Shown piece after piece: positions 8,815 through 17,879 of a stretch of 64,000 nucleotides of DNA. The notes under the pieces are model-generated. The model saw nothing but the letters and a program-made list of their open reading frames with translations. It did not search any database and had not been told where the DNA came from. The translations under genes and the position numbers were made by a program. Location of the stretch: NCBI GenBank assembly GCA_016195325.1, contig JACPZX010000019.1, forward strand, positions 8,628-72,627, in the 5' to 3' direction. Positions within the stretch are counted from its first letter, which is position 1; every line of letters begins with the position of its first letter. The stretch is from Acidobacteriota bacterium. GTDB taxonomy: Bacteria; Acidobacteriota; Polarisedimenticolia; JACPZX01.

Positions 8815-10082
8815 CCGCGCCGCAGCACGAGCACGGAGTTCTTCGACCCGAAGCCGATGCAGTTGCACACCGCCCATTCTATCGAAGAGGCCCGCGGCGA
8901 GCCCGCCACGTGATCCAGCTCGCACTCCGGGTCCGGGTGATCGAGGTTGACCGTCGGCGGCAGATTCCCCTCGACGAGCGCGAGGGTCGACGCCGCGACC
9001 CCCAGCGAGCCGCTCGCCCCCTGGGGGTGCCCGAAGACGGACTTCGTCGCGCTGCACGGGGGAGGGGCCGCGCGCCGGCTGAAGGCCCTCCGGATCACGC
9101 GCGCCTCGACGACGTCGTTCTGCCGGGTCGCGGTGCCGTGAAGGTTCACGTACCCGACCGCCTCGGGCGGGCACCCCGCGTCGGCGAGCGCGATCTCGAT
9201 GGCGCGCGCCGGCTCCTCGCCCAGCGGGTCGAGCGACACTCGGTGGTAGGCGTCGCACGTCGCCCCCCATCCCGCGACCTCGGCGAGGGGCATCGCGCCG
9301 CGCGCGAGGGCGTGCTCGCGTTCCTCGAGGACGAAGATCCACGCCCCCTCGCCGATGACGAAGCCGTCGCGATCGCGATCGAAGGGGCGCGAGGCCCGCT
9401 CCGGCGTCTCGTTGAAAGCGGTCGAGACGACCTTCATGCGGCAGAAGCCCGCCATCAGCGCGGGGGTGATGCACGACTCGACCCCGCCGGTGAGGATCAC
9501 GTCGGCCACACCGGCGCGGATCGACTGCGCGGCGTAGCCGATGGCGTCGGTGGACGACGTGCACCCGGTGGACAGGACGTGGCTGAAGCCGGTGATGCCG
9601 AGCGCAATCGAGATGTCGCTGCTGAGGCTCCCGACGAACGACGTCGAGATGGCGTAAGGATTGATGAGGCGCGACTCCCCGCCGAAGTAATGGCGGTACT
9701 GCCTCTCGCCGAACTCGATCCCACCCGCCCCCGATCCGATGACGATGCCGAGCCCGCGCCGCGACGCCGCGTCGAGGGAGATGCCCGCGTGGGCCAGCGC
9801 CTCGCGGGCGGCCGCCACCCCCATGGGGCTCGCGCGCGACACGCGCCGCTCGTCGCCGGCCGCCATGTGCGGCGCCGGATCGAAGCCGCGCACCTCCCCC
9901 GCAACGCGCGACACGAGATCGCCCGCCGGAAAGAGGGTGATCGGGCCGGTGCAGCTCACGCCGGCGAAGAGGGCCCGCGCGAAGGCCTCTCTCCCCTCCC
10001 CCGCGGGCGTCACCATCCCCATGCCGGTGATCACGGCGCGGCGCCGCGACGACGCCGTCGCCCCCGGAGCGACGGCGGTCAT
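8811..10082 (-). CDS. beta-ketoacyl-ACP synthase, KAS I/II (FabF-like)
   Basis: 423 aa. AVITGMGMVTP N-terminus. Catalytic Cys in STGCTSS, His in DAYHRVS and NLHGTAT, C-terminal GFGSKNSVLV. Confidence 0.85.
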   Translation of the reverse strand: MTAVAPGATASSRRRAVITGMGMVTPAGEGREAFARALFAGVSCTGPITLFPAGDLVSRVAGEVRGFDPAPHMAAGDERRVSRASPMGVAAAREALAHAGISLDAASRRGLGIVIGSGAGGIEFGERQYRHYFGGESRLINPYAISTSFVGSLSSDISIALGITGFSHVLSTGCTSSTDAIGYAAQSIRAGVADVILTGGVESCITPALMAGFCRMKVVSTAFNETPERASRPFDRDRDGFVIGEGAWIFVLEEREHALARGAMPLAEVAGWGATCDAYHRVSLDPLGEEPARAIEIALADAGCPPEAVGYVNLHGTATRQNDVVEARVIRRAFSRRAAPPPCSATKSVFGHPQGASGSLGVAASTLALVEGNLPPTVNLDHPDPECELDHVAGSPRASSIEWAVCNCIGFGSKNSVLVLRRG

Positions 10083-10194
10083 CGCAAAGTCTCCGCGGTC
10101 ATCGCAGGGTCCCGGCAGTCATCGCAGGGTCTCCGCGTTCATCGCAGGGTCTCCGCGTTCATCGCAGGGTCTCCGCGGTCATCGCAGGGTCTCG
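10080..10194 (-). repeat. 20-bp tandem repeat, 5.75 copies, spanning the FAD-oxidoreductase stop and the KAS start
   Basis: Units CATCGCAGGGTCTCCGCGKT start at 10080, 10100, 10120, 10140, 10160 and 10180 (the last is partial). On the minus strand each unit reads GGAGACCCTGCGATGA, that is SD plus ATG plus overlapping TGA. Confidence 0.95.
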
Positions 10195-11402
10195 ATGACG
10201 AGAGGGCGCATGAAGTCCGGGGCGAGGAGCTTCCGGGGATCGCGGCACCCCGACGTCACGGCGATGAGCGTCGCGGCGAGGTCCTCGCGCCGGGCGAGGG
10301 CCGAGGCCACGCGCCGCGCGACGGGAGGGGCCGCGAGGAGCGCCTGGAGGGCCCGCGAGATCGCGTGGCGCGGGCGGAGCGCCGATCGGAGCGCGCGCTC
10401 GTACTCGCGGAGCGCCTCTTCCGCCGGCGCCGCGGCGCGAAGGATGAGGCTCGCCGCGCGCGCGGCCATCGCCCCGCCGGCGAGCGCGGCGTGGATCCCC
10501 TCGCCCGTGAAGGGATCGACGAAGGCCGCGGCGTCTCCGGCGATGAGGAGGCGGCCCGCGCCGAATCTCGACGTGCCACGGGCGAGAGGGCCCGCGCCGC
10601 GCACCCCGGTCACCCGCCGCGCCCCCGCGAAGCGGCGGCGCAGCTCGTCGCTCGAATCGATCAGACGGCGCAGAAGGGCGCCCGGATCCCGCGCGCCGTC
10701 GCGAAAGAGGCGCAAGCTCACGACCGCCGCCGCCCCGGCAACCCCGGGGCCGATCGGCGAGACGCCCACGTACCCGAGCGAGCCGCCGCCGAGCACGTGC
10801 ATCTCCCCCGCGTCCGAGAGATCCGTCACACCCTCGAACCACGCGGCCACGGCGTACCGGACCGGCCAGCGCGAGGGGCCTCCCCACCCGCGCCGCGCCG
10901 GTGTGAGCGCGTGCCGCCCACCCGCGTCGACCGCGACCTCCGCGTGGACGACGAGCGGCCCCGTCTCCTTCCCGCTCGCGCGCGCGACGACCCGGCCGCC
11001 GGCCTCCTCGATCGCCTCGACGCGCACCCCCTCGATGACGCACGCCCCGGCCGCCCGCGCGGCGCGCGCGAGGCCGACGTCGAGATCGCGGCGGCCGAGC
11101 GCCCAGCCGATCTCACCGGGGGGGAACGGCAGCGGAACGCGGGTCGCGTCGACCGAGAGGCGCATCCCGCGAAGGGGGGCCGCCCGCGCGGCCAGGAGGG
11201 AGTCGACCAGGCCGGCGTCGCGCAGGAGGCGCACCGAGCCCGGCGTGACGAAATCGCCGCAGATCTTGTGGCGGGGGAGGACTCCTTTTTCGAGCACGAC
11301 GACGCGGAATCCATCGCGCGCGAGGCTGGCCGCAGCCATGACCCCCGCCGGGCCGGCGCCCACGACCAGCGCGTCGCACTCGAGCCGCGCGGCGCCGCTC
11401 AG
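10179..11402 (-). CDS. FAD-dependent oxidoreductase, geranylgeranyl-reductase family
   Basis: 3' part of ORF 10179..11891. Rossmann motif DALVVGAGPAGVMAA, and GDAAAFVDPFTGEGI near the C-terminus. No ATG/GTG/TTG lies upstream of the GxGxxG motif. Candidate starts are CTG 11402 (CTGA overlap with the methyltransferase stop) or GTG 11363 (which would truncate beta-1). The start is uncertain. Confidence 0.75.
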   Translation of the reverse strand: MSGAARLECDALVVGAGPAGVMAAASLARDGFRVVVLEKGVLPRHKICGDFVTPGSVRLLRDAGLVDSLLAARAAPLRGMRLSVDATRVPLPFPPGEIGWALGRRDLDVGLARAARAAGACVIEGVRVEAIEEAGGRVVARASGKETGPLVVHAEVAVDAGGRHALTPARRGWGGPSRWPVRYAVAAWFEGVTDLSDAGEMHVLGGGSLGYVGVSPIGPGVAGAAAVVSLRLFRDGARDPGALLRRLIDSSDELRRRFAGARRVTGVRGAGPLARGTSRFGAGRLLIAGDAAAFVDPFTGEGIHAALAGGAMAARAASLILRAAAPAEEALREYERALRSALRPRHAISRALQALLAAPPVARRVASALARREDLAATLIAVTSGCRDPRKLLAPDFMRPLVIETLR

Positions 11403-12124
11403 GACGCCTCCCGTCCGTTCGAGTGGCGGTACGTGACGACGAGCCGGGCCGACCCCTGCCGGCGCACGCTGAGCCCCTCCCCCGGAAGCGCCACGGCGGC
11501 GGCGCGCATCTCGCCGGGGGTCAGCGCGCGACGCACCGACAGCGGTCCGTCGTGGAGCGTGAGCCGGTTGCGGGTCGTGAGGCGGGTGAGCGCCCAGACC
11601 GCGGAGTAGGCGAGAGCGGAGCGCCTCAGGTCGGCGACGACGAACCCGAGCCGCGTGACGCGGCGCATCTCGTCGAGCACGGAGGCGACCCCCGCGTCGT
11701 CGAGGTGGTGGAGGACGAGCGAGGAGTACGCGAGGGCGAAGGCGCCGTCGGCGTGCGGCAGCCGCCGGCCGTCGCTCTGGCACAGGGCGACGTCCCGGCC
11801 CGCGCGGCGCCGCGCCGAGGCGAGGGTCAGCATGCGCGAGTCGATGTCCGAGGCGACGATCCGCGGCACGAGGCCGCGGCGTCTCGCCCACGCCGAGACC
11901 TGGTGCGCGATGTCGCCGCCGCCGGCCCCGACGTCGAGGACGCGAAGCTCGCCTCCGCTCGGGAGATCGCGCGCGAGATCGGCCAGCCGGGAGACGACGA
12001 CCCTCGCGCCGCCGGTCAGGCGGCTGTAGCGGCCGAGATCGGCGAGGTTGTGGTCGAGCTCGGCCGCCGTGAAGGCGGTGCCGTCCATGATCTCGGGCGT
12101 GCGCGCGCGGACAGGGAAGAGCAT
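11399..12124 (-). CDS. class I SAM-dependent methyltransferase
   Basis: 241 aa. Motif I is RVLDVGAGGGDI. The post-I acidic residue is in ASDID. YSSLVLHHLDD. Confidence 0.8.
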   Translation of the reverse strand: MLFPVRARTPEIMDGTAFTAAELDHNLADLGRYSRLTGGARVVVSRLADLARDLPSGGELRVLDVGAGGGDIAHQVSAWARRRGLVPRIVASDIDSRMLTLASARRRAGRDVALCQSDGRRLPHADGAFALAYSSLVLHHLDDAGVASVLDEMRRVTRLGFVVADLRRSALAYSAVWALTRLTTRNRLTLHDGPLSVRRALTPGEMRAAAVALPGEGLSVRRQGSARLVVTYRHSNGREAS

Positions 12125-12205
12125 CGTCTCACCTCGGTCACGTCATCATAACAGCGCGCCGGAAGTCCGCTATCCAATCGGGCGTCGCGTTCATACAATG
12201 CCGCC

Positions 12206-15200
12206 ATGCCCATCGTGGCCGACGGGATCGCAGCGACGCCCTCCGCCCCCGCGGGCGACTCCCGGGCGGCGACCCCTTCCGTGCTGCGAGGCGGGGGATG
12301 GCTTCTTCTCGCCGTCTTCCTCGTCTCCGGGGCGAGCGGGCTGGTCTACCAGGTGGTGTGGAGCCGCGAGCTGACGCTCGTCTTCGGCTCGACGACGCAG
12401 GGGGTCGCCACCGTTCTCGCCGCCTTCATGGGAGGCCTCGCGCTCGGATCCTGGGCGGCGTCGCGCCTCGGCGATCGCCTCGCGCGCCCCCTCCGAGCCT
12501 ACGCCGGGCTCGAGGCGGGGATCGCGCTCGTGTCGCTCGCGGTCCTCGTCCTGATGCCGGCGCTCAACGCGGCGTACCGCGCGATCTACCCGCTGGTCCA
12601 TCTCTCGCTCCCGGGGCTGACGCTCGTGCGATTCCTCCTCGCGTCGGCCTTTCTCCTGCCGGCGACGACGCTGATGGGGGCGACGCTCCCGGTCCTGGCC
12701 GCCTCCTCGGAGAAGCGGGGGGGGATCGCCGGGCAGGGGGCCTCGACGCTCTACGCCGTCAACACCCTCGGCGGCGCTCGCCCTCTCCGGTGCCGGCGCC
12801 CTCATCCTCGAGGTCGCGTGGACCCGCACCCTCTCCCTCGTCCTCGGCTCGTCGAACCACGCCTTCACGACGATGCTGACGACGTTTCTCATCGGGCTCG
12901 CCGCGGGGAGCGCCGTCGCGACGCGATTCCTGGGGCGCATCCGCAACCCGCTCGCTGTCTTCGCCTTCGTCGAGCTCGTCGTCGGGCTCGCCGTCTACCT
13001 CGGCACCTTCGTCTTCCCCGAGCTGCCGTACGCGTTCCTGGCGCTCTTCCGCGCGACGCGGAGCCAGCCGGCCCTCTTCCAGATCGGACGGTTCGTGCTG
13101 GCGGCCCTCGTGATGTTCGCGCCGACGTTCATGCTCGGCGCCACCTTCCCCCTCGGCGTGCGCTGCTGGCGGATGGGCGGCGTCGGGGCGGCGCGGCCCG
13201 TGGGCACCCTCTACGCGGTCAACACCCTCGGCGCCATCGTCGGCTCGCTCGCCGCCGGGTTCTTCCTGGTCCCCGTCGTGGGGCTGAGGCTGACGATCGT
13301 CGCCGGCGCGGTCGTCAATCTGACCGTGGGCGCCTTCCTCCTCTCCGTCGCGCCGTCCGAGAGCCGGCGCCGAAGCCTGTTCCTGGCCGGGCTCGTGGTG
13401 GTGATGCTTCCCGCGATCCCCGGGGGGGCGTCCGAATGGAACCCTGTCGTCATGACGAGCGGCGTCTTCCAGTACGCCCCCCGTTACGCGCCGCAGTTCC
13501 CCACGCGCGCCTCCTTCTTCGCCTACCACGACGCACACCGCCAGCTCTTCTACAGGGACGGGCCGACGACCACCGTGACGGTGGAGAAGCGCCCGCTCAC
13601 CAAGGGAGGCCACGTCTGGCTGGTGCTCACGGTGAACGGGAAGGTGGACGCCTCGTCGATCGGCGACATCGAGACGCAGGTCCTCCTCGGGCAGTTCCCT
13701 CTCCTCGCGGCGCGCGATCCCCGGCGCGCGCTCGTCATCGGATGGGGAAGCGGCGCGACCGCCGGCTCGATGCTGACCCTCCCCTCGCTGCAGACGCTCC
13801 GCGCCGTCGAGATCGAGCCCGCCGTGATCGAGGCCTCGCACTTCTTCCGGGAGTTCAACCACGACCCGTACGGGGACCCGCGCCTCTCGCTCGAGATCAA
13901 CGACGCGCGGCACGCGCTGCTGGTCGACGACACGACGTACGACGTCATCGTCTCGGAGCCGTCGAACCCGTGGCTGAGCGGCCCCTCGCGCCTCTTCACG
14001 CGCGAGTTCTTCGAGATCGTGCGATCGCGCCTCGCCCCGGACGGCATCCTCTGCCAGTGGGTGCAGCTCTACGGCCTCGACCCGGACGCGTACCGCGCCC
14101 TGCTGCGGACGCTCGGCTCGGTCTTCGAGGACGTCGTCGTGGTCAAGGGCTCCCCCGGCGACACGCTCGTGATGGCGAGCCCGAAGCGCATCCGCTTCGA
14201 CGTGGCCCGGATGGCCGAGCGCATGGCCATCCCCTCGGTCGCCGCGGATCTCTCGCGGCTCCAGATCGCGGACCCTGAGACGCTCCTCACGCGCTTCCGC
14301 GTCGGCGGCCGCGCGATGACGGCGTTCGCCGGGGTCGGGCCGCTCAACACAGACGACAACGCCCTCATCGAGTTCGCGGCCCTGAAGAACCTCTACGACG
14401 AGACGCACTTCCAGAACGACGAGCTGCTGCTCAAGGCCCCCTCCTCCCCGCTCGACCGGGTCGATGTCGCCGGCCTCTCCCCCGAGGCCGCTGCGCGGTT
14501 CCCGATCGACTTCGCGGCGGCGCTCTCACGCGCCGGCCTCGACGATCGCGCGCTCGATGCGCTCGTGCGCGCCAACTCACCCCGCATCTCCGAGGCCGCG
14601 CTCGCGGAGGGGTCGGCCATCCGCGGCGACATCGACCTGCGCGCGGGGAAGCGCGCCGAGGCCCGCGAGGCGTGGAAGAAGGCGCTCGCGCGGAATCCCG
14701 GCTGCGTCGAAGCCGCGGCGAGCCTCGGCCTCGATCTCGCGGACGGGGACACCGGGGCCGGCGAGGCGGCGTGGCTCCTCGCGGCGACCGTGGCGGCGGA
14801 GCCGGACTCCGCCGACGCGCGCGTCGCGCTGGCCCGCGCCCTGCGCGCCACGGGTCGCCACGCCGACGCCATCGACGAGCTGAAGGCGGCCGAACGGATC
14901 GGCCCGTCCCCGGCGACCGCCCCCTTCGTGCACATGCTGTGGGGGAGGAGCTGCCTCGCTCTCTCCGACCCCGCGTGCGCCGCGCGCGAGATCGGGCGCT
15001 ACTTCGACGAGTGGCCCGAGCTGACGAAGCCGGCGCGGATGAGCGTCGACGCCGCGCTCGACCTCGGCCGCGCGGAGCTGACGCTCGGGAGAAAGCAGGC
15101 GGCGCTCGAGCACCTGAAGCTCGCCGTCGACACGGCCGCGGCGGTCGCGTCGTGGGAGCGCGACCAGGCGGACGCCGCCTCGCGCCGGGGGGACGGCGAC

Positions 15201-15518
15201 GCCGTCGAGAGCCATCTGCGCGCCGTCCTCGAGTGGAGCCCTGCCGATGCGGCGGGATACCGCCGGCTGGGCGACTTCCTGATGGGCGGGAAGCGATGGG
15301 AGGATGCGCTCGGCGTCTGGTCACAGCTCCTGAAGCGTCACCCCGACGATCTCACCGGCCTCACGCGCTCCGTCGAGACCCTCGAGCACCTCGACCGGGC
15401 CGACGCGGCGGCGCCGCTCCTCGGGCGGCTCATCGATCTCGAGGAGGATCCCGATCGCGTCCGGATGTTCCAGGCGATGCTCGATCGCGCGAAGGGCGGA
15501 ACCGGCACAGCCCCCTGA
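12206..15518 (+). pseudogene. fused MFS-like / spermidine-synthase-like / TPR membrane protein, reading frame disrupted near 12776-12782
   Basis: The frame of ORF 12206.. is protein-like only up to GASTLYAVNTLGGA (about 12778). The frame of ORF 12873..15518 is protein-like from about 12771 (AALALSGAGALILEVAWTRTLSLVLGSS). The two halves are repeats of one module (SGASGLVYQVVWSR vs SGAGALILEVAWTR; LYAVNTLGG vs LYAVNTLGA). The helices expected after the first NTLG motif are missing. Downstream are the spermidine-synthase motifs VIGWGSGATAG and DVIVSEPSNPW, then C-terminal TPR repeats. It could also be two separate genes. Confidence 0.6.
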
Positions 15519-15552
15519 AAAAGGAGGAAGGCCCCTTCTCCTTCGGGGCCGG
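15519..15552. terminator. hairpin between convergent genes (GGCCCC-9nt-GGGGCC), with a T-run on the minus strand
   Basis: 15530-15535 GGCCCC pairs with 15545-15550 GGGGCC. On the minus strand the stem is followed by TTCCTCCTTTTT. It lies between the stops at 15518 (+) and 15595 (-). Confidence 0.45.
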
Positions 15553-15594
15553 TGGGTTGATTTCGGGGATGGGTGGCGGGATGAGGCCCTGGAG

Positions 15595-15999
15595 TCAGGC
15601 CTGGGGGTGGATGAATCCTTCGGAGGCCGTGGGGACGATGCGCACGTCGTCGAAGAGGCTCGAGCCGACGAAGGCGTTCCGCATCTCCGGGCCGGCGACG
15701 GCGACGACCGGCTGCAGAGGTCGCAGCGATCTGAAGGCCGCGATCGCCGTGAGCTCGCGGGCCGTGAACGAGAACAGGTTGACGAACAGGATGTCGACGC
15801 CGCCCCGGAGGCACCGTTCCATTCCCTCGGCGAGCGTGTCGAGAGCCTCGAGATCGACCTCGCGCCCGATCTTCATCATGCAGGCGTCGAGTGCCTCCGC
15901 GGGCCCGGTCTTGCAGATGAGAGCTTTCGGGCGGGTCGGCATCGGCGGGACGGGCTGAGCCACCATCGTTTCAGCAACGCTGGGCTGTCCGCTGGCCAT
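15595..15999 (-). CDS. hypothetical protein (134 aa)
   Basis: 3' part of ORF 15595..16695 from ATG 15999, with GGGAGAGGA 6 nt upstream. Non-shadow composition (KALICKTGPAEALDACMMKIGREVDLEALDTLAEGMERCL..). No family recognised. Confidence 0.55.
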   Translation of the reverse strand: MASGQPSVAETMVAQPVPPMPTRPKALICKTGPAEALDACMMKIGREVDLEALDTLAEGMERCLRGGVDILFVNLFSFTARELTAIAAFRSLRPLQPVVAVAGPEMRNAFVGSSLFDDVRIVPTASEGFIHPQA

Positions 16000-16277
16000 G
16001 ACGTTTCCTCTCCCGTGGATCGTCCGAGTGTCCATCGCTTTCATCACGCCATCGGGCATTGCAATCGCCAAGCCACGAAGCCGACGAACGGGACAGGCGC
16101 AACCGACGCGACCGAAGCGGTTGATTCGGAAGCCCCTGGCCCTGAGATACGGCCGGACTCCCCCCTCGGATGTTCCCGGAGAGGGTCCGGTTTCGGGGGA
16201 AGATGTGACCCGCCGGGGACAGTCGCGGGAGAAAAACCACCCCGGAGGGGAAAGCGCGGTGTCCGATCGGAGAAGGG

Positions 16278-16844
16278 TCAGGCCTTGAAAAAGAGGGCTT
16301 CCCGATCGCCGGAGCGATGGGTGTGGAGGAGCTCGAGGTTGAAGGCCCCGAAGAGGCGGATGATCTCCCGATTCTGGTAGGAGCCCGCGACCGGCCCCCG
16401 CTCTCCCACCGGCTCGCGCGTCACCAGCTCGTCGGAGGCGATCCGGTAGCGCGAACGCGTCGCGAGACCCAACGCGTTCACCGGGGGAAAGAAGGCGAGG
16501 ACGGCGCCTCCGGGGACGAGCGCCTCCACCAGGCGCGCGATCCAGGAGGCGGCCTGCTCCGGTCGAACTCGCGAGAGATGGTCCCAGAGGATCGCCCCCG
16601 AGAAGCTCGCGTCGTACGCGCGCGGCTCGACCGGCGATCCCTCGACCGAGACGCGCAGCCCCCTCGCGCCCAGGAACGAGACGTTGGCGCCGCACATCTC
16701 CCCGAAGAGAAGGAGGGAGGGTGAGGGCTGGAGCTTCTCCACGCGCTTGAGGAACGGGCGCAGCAGGGGGCAGGCGACGGCCGGCGGCGGAGCTTTCGCC
16801 GTCTCCGTCGCCTGCGCCCCGGCATTCGCGTCACGTCGGAACAT
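16278..16844 (-). CDS. hypothetical protein, possibly methyltransferase-fold (188 aa)
   Basis: 3' part of ORF 16278..17135 from ATG 16844 (AGGTGAG upstream). LLLFGEMCGANVSFLGARGLRV and PGGAVLAFFPP loosely resemble class I MTase motifs I and IV. Confidence 0.5.
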   Translation of the reverse strand: MFRRDANAGAQATETAKAPPPAVACPLLRPFLKRVEKLQPSPSLLLFGEMCGANVSFLGARGLRVSVEGSPVEPRAYDASFSGAILWDHLSRVRPEQAASWIARLVEALVPGGAVLAFFPPVNALGLATRSRYRIASDELVTREPVGERGPVAGSYQNREIIRLFGAFNLELLHTHRSGDREALFFKA

Positions 16845-16878
16845 CGAGCTCACCTGAGATTCTCGAGGGGTGGCGGCG

Positions 16879-17448
16879 CTAGATCTGCGCCGCGGCCGCC
16901 TTCCCCTGGGACGCCGCCTGCGTCTGGGTCTGCGATTGCGCGTGAGTCTGGACCTGGGCCTGCACGCGCTCCTTGATGCCCGCGACCGACTGCGCGGCGC
17001 TCCGGTCCCTGACCATGTCGACGCTCCCGCGGAACTGGGCGCCGTCCGAGATGGCGACGCGCGGCGCGTGGATGTCGCCGGTGAGTCGCCCGGTGTCGGC
17101 GATCTCGACCTTGTCGTCCGCGTTGATGTTCCCATTCACCTCGCCGACGACGATGACGCTCTTGGCGTGGATCTCGGCGTTGACGCGGCCGCTCGCGGCG
17201 ATGGTGATGTTGTGGTCCTTGAGGTCGATGCGCCCCTCGACGCGCCCCTCGACCGTGAGATCCTCGCTCCCCGACACCTCACCCTTGATGAAGAGCGACG
17301 TGCCGATGTTCGCCGCGCGCCCCTTGGCGTTCGACGAGGACGCCGACAACGGGGGAACGCCCATGGGGACGTAGGACGGTGTCTCGACCCGTGGCGCGGC
17401 GGGGCCCGACGGCTTGAAGTCCTTCTCGTTTTCCTTCTTATCCCACAT
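16879..17448 (-). CDS. bactofilin (polymer-forming cytoskeletal protein, DUF583)
   Basis: From ATG 17448 (GGAGAGAC upstream). Beta-helical repeats IKGEVSGSEDLTVEGRVEGRIDLKDHNITIAASGRVNAEIHAKSVIVVGEVNGNI..IADTGRLTGDIHAPRVAISDGAQFRGSVDM, and a Gln/Ala-rich tail. Confidence 0.85.
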   Translation of the reverse strand: MWDKKENEKDFKPSGPAAPRVETPSYVPMGVPPLSASSSNAKGRAANIGTSLFIKGEVSGSEDLTVEGRVEGRIDLKDHNITIAASGRVNAEIHAKSVIVVGEVNGNINADDKVEIADTGRLTGDIHAPRVAISDGAQFRGSVDMVRDRSAAQSVAGIKERVQAQVQTHAQSQTQTQAASQGKAAAAQI

Positions 17449-17485
17449 CGCTGTCTCTCCTTGTCCGAGCGTCGATGACTCGTGT

Positions 17486-17557
17486 AAAAGACAAAGCCCC
17501 GCGCGCATTGCGGCGGGGCTTCGGAAAATCGTTCCCGCCTCCCGGAGAGGGGGCGGG
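17486..17557 (-). terminator. two tandem rho-independent-type terminator hairpins downstream of the histone-fold gene
   Basis: On the minus strand, CCCGCC..GGCGGG (17534-17557) is followed by AACGATTTT. Then AGCCCCGC/GCGGGGCT (17495-17502 / 17513-17520, 8 bp perfect) is followed by TTGTCTTTT. Confidence 0.6.
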
Positions 17558-17567
17558 ACGGGAGCTG

Positions 17568-17753
17568 TCAGAGATCCTGGGGCCTGAGCGTCTTCCTCTT
17601 GTTCGCGAGGGCCCGCGCTTCCGCACCGGCGAGAATCTCGCGCACCTTCTTGTCGAGCGCCCCGTAGAAATCACCCGAGACGTTGCACTTTCGAACCGCG
17701 TCCTTCGTGCGGCTCTTCGAGATGATGAGCTCGGCCTTGCGCTTCCCGGCCAC
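17568..17753 (-). CDS. small histone-fold (bacterial histone / DUF1931-like) DNA-binding protein, 61 aa
   Basis: GTG 17753 with GGAGGTG 6 nt upstream. VAGKRKAELIISKSRTKDAVRKCNVSGDFYGALDKKVREILAGAEARALANKRKTLRPQDL. ANKRKTLRPQDL parallels the archaeal histone motif AGRKTIKAEDI. The layout parallels the Bdellovibrio Bd0055 singlet histone, as recalled from memory. Confidence 0.6.
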   Translation of the reverse strand: MAGKRKAELIISKSRTKDAVRKCNVSGDFYGALDKKVREILAGAEARALANKRKTLRPQDL

Positions 17754-17843
17754 GTCGCACCTCCGATGAGTCCTGATGAATCGTCGACCGGGCGCCATTA
17801 TGCATGAACGGCCTCGGGAGTCAAAAGCGGCGCGAGTGTCGAG

Positions 17844-17852
17844 TGTTAGAAT
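17844..17852 (+). promoter_or_regulatory. candidate extended -10 promoter (TGTTAGAAT) for the rpoH-like gene
   Basis: TG-n-TAGAAT lies 28 nt upstream of ATG 17880. No good -35 was found. Confidence 0.4.
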
Positions 17853-17879
17853 AGGCCCGGACCGTCTCGCGTCAACCTC

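Noticed and set aside
10080-10194. Whether the 20-bp repeat array could be a CRISPR array.
   Set aside because: The units are directly adjacent with no spacers, the period is only 20 bp, and no cas genes are present. It is a tandem duplication of a gene junction.
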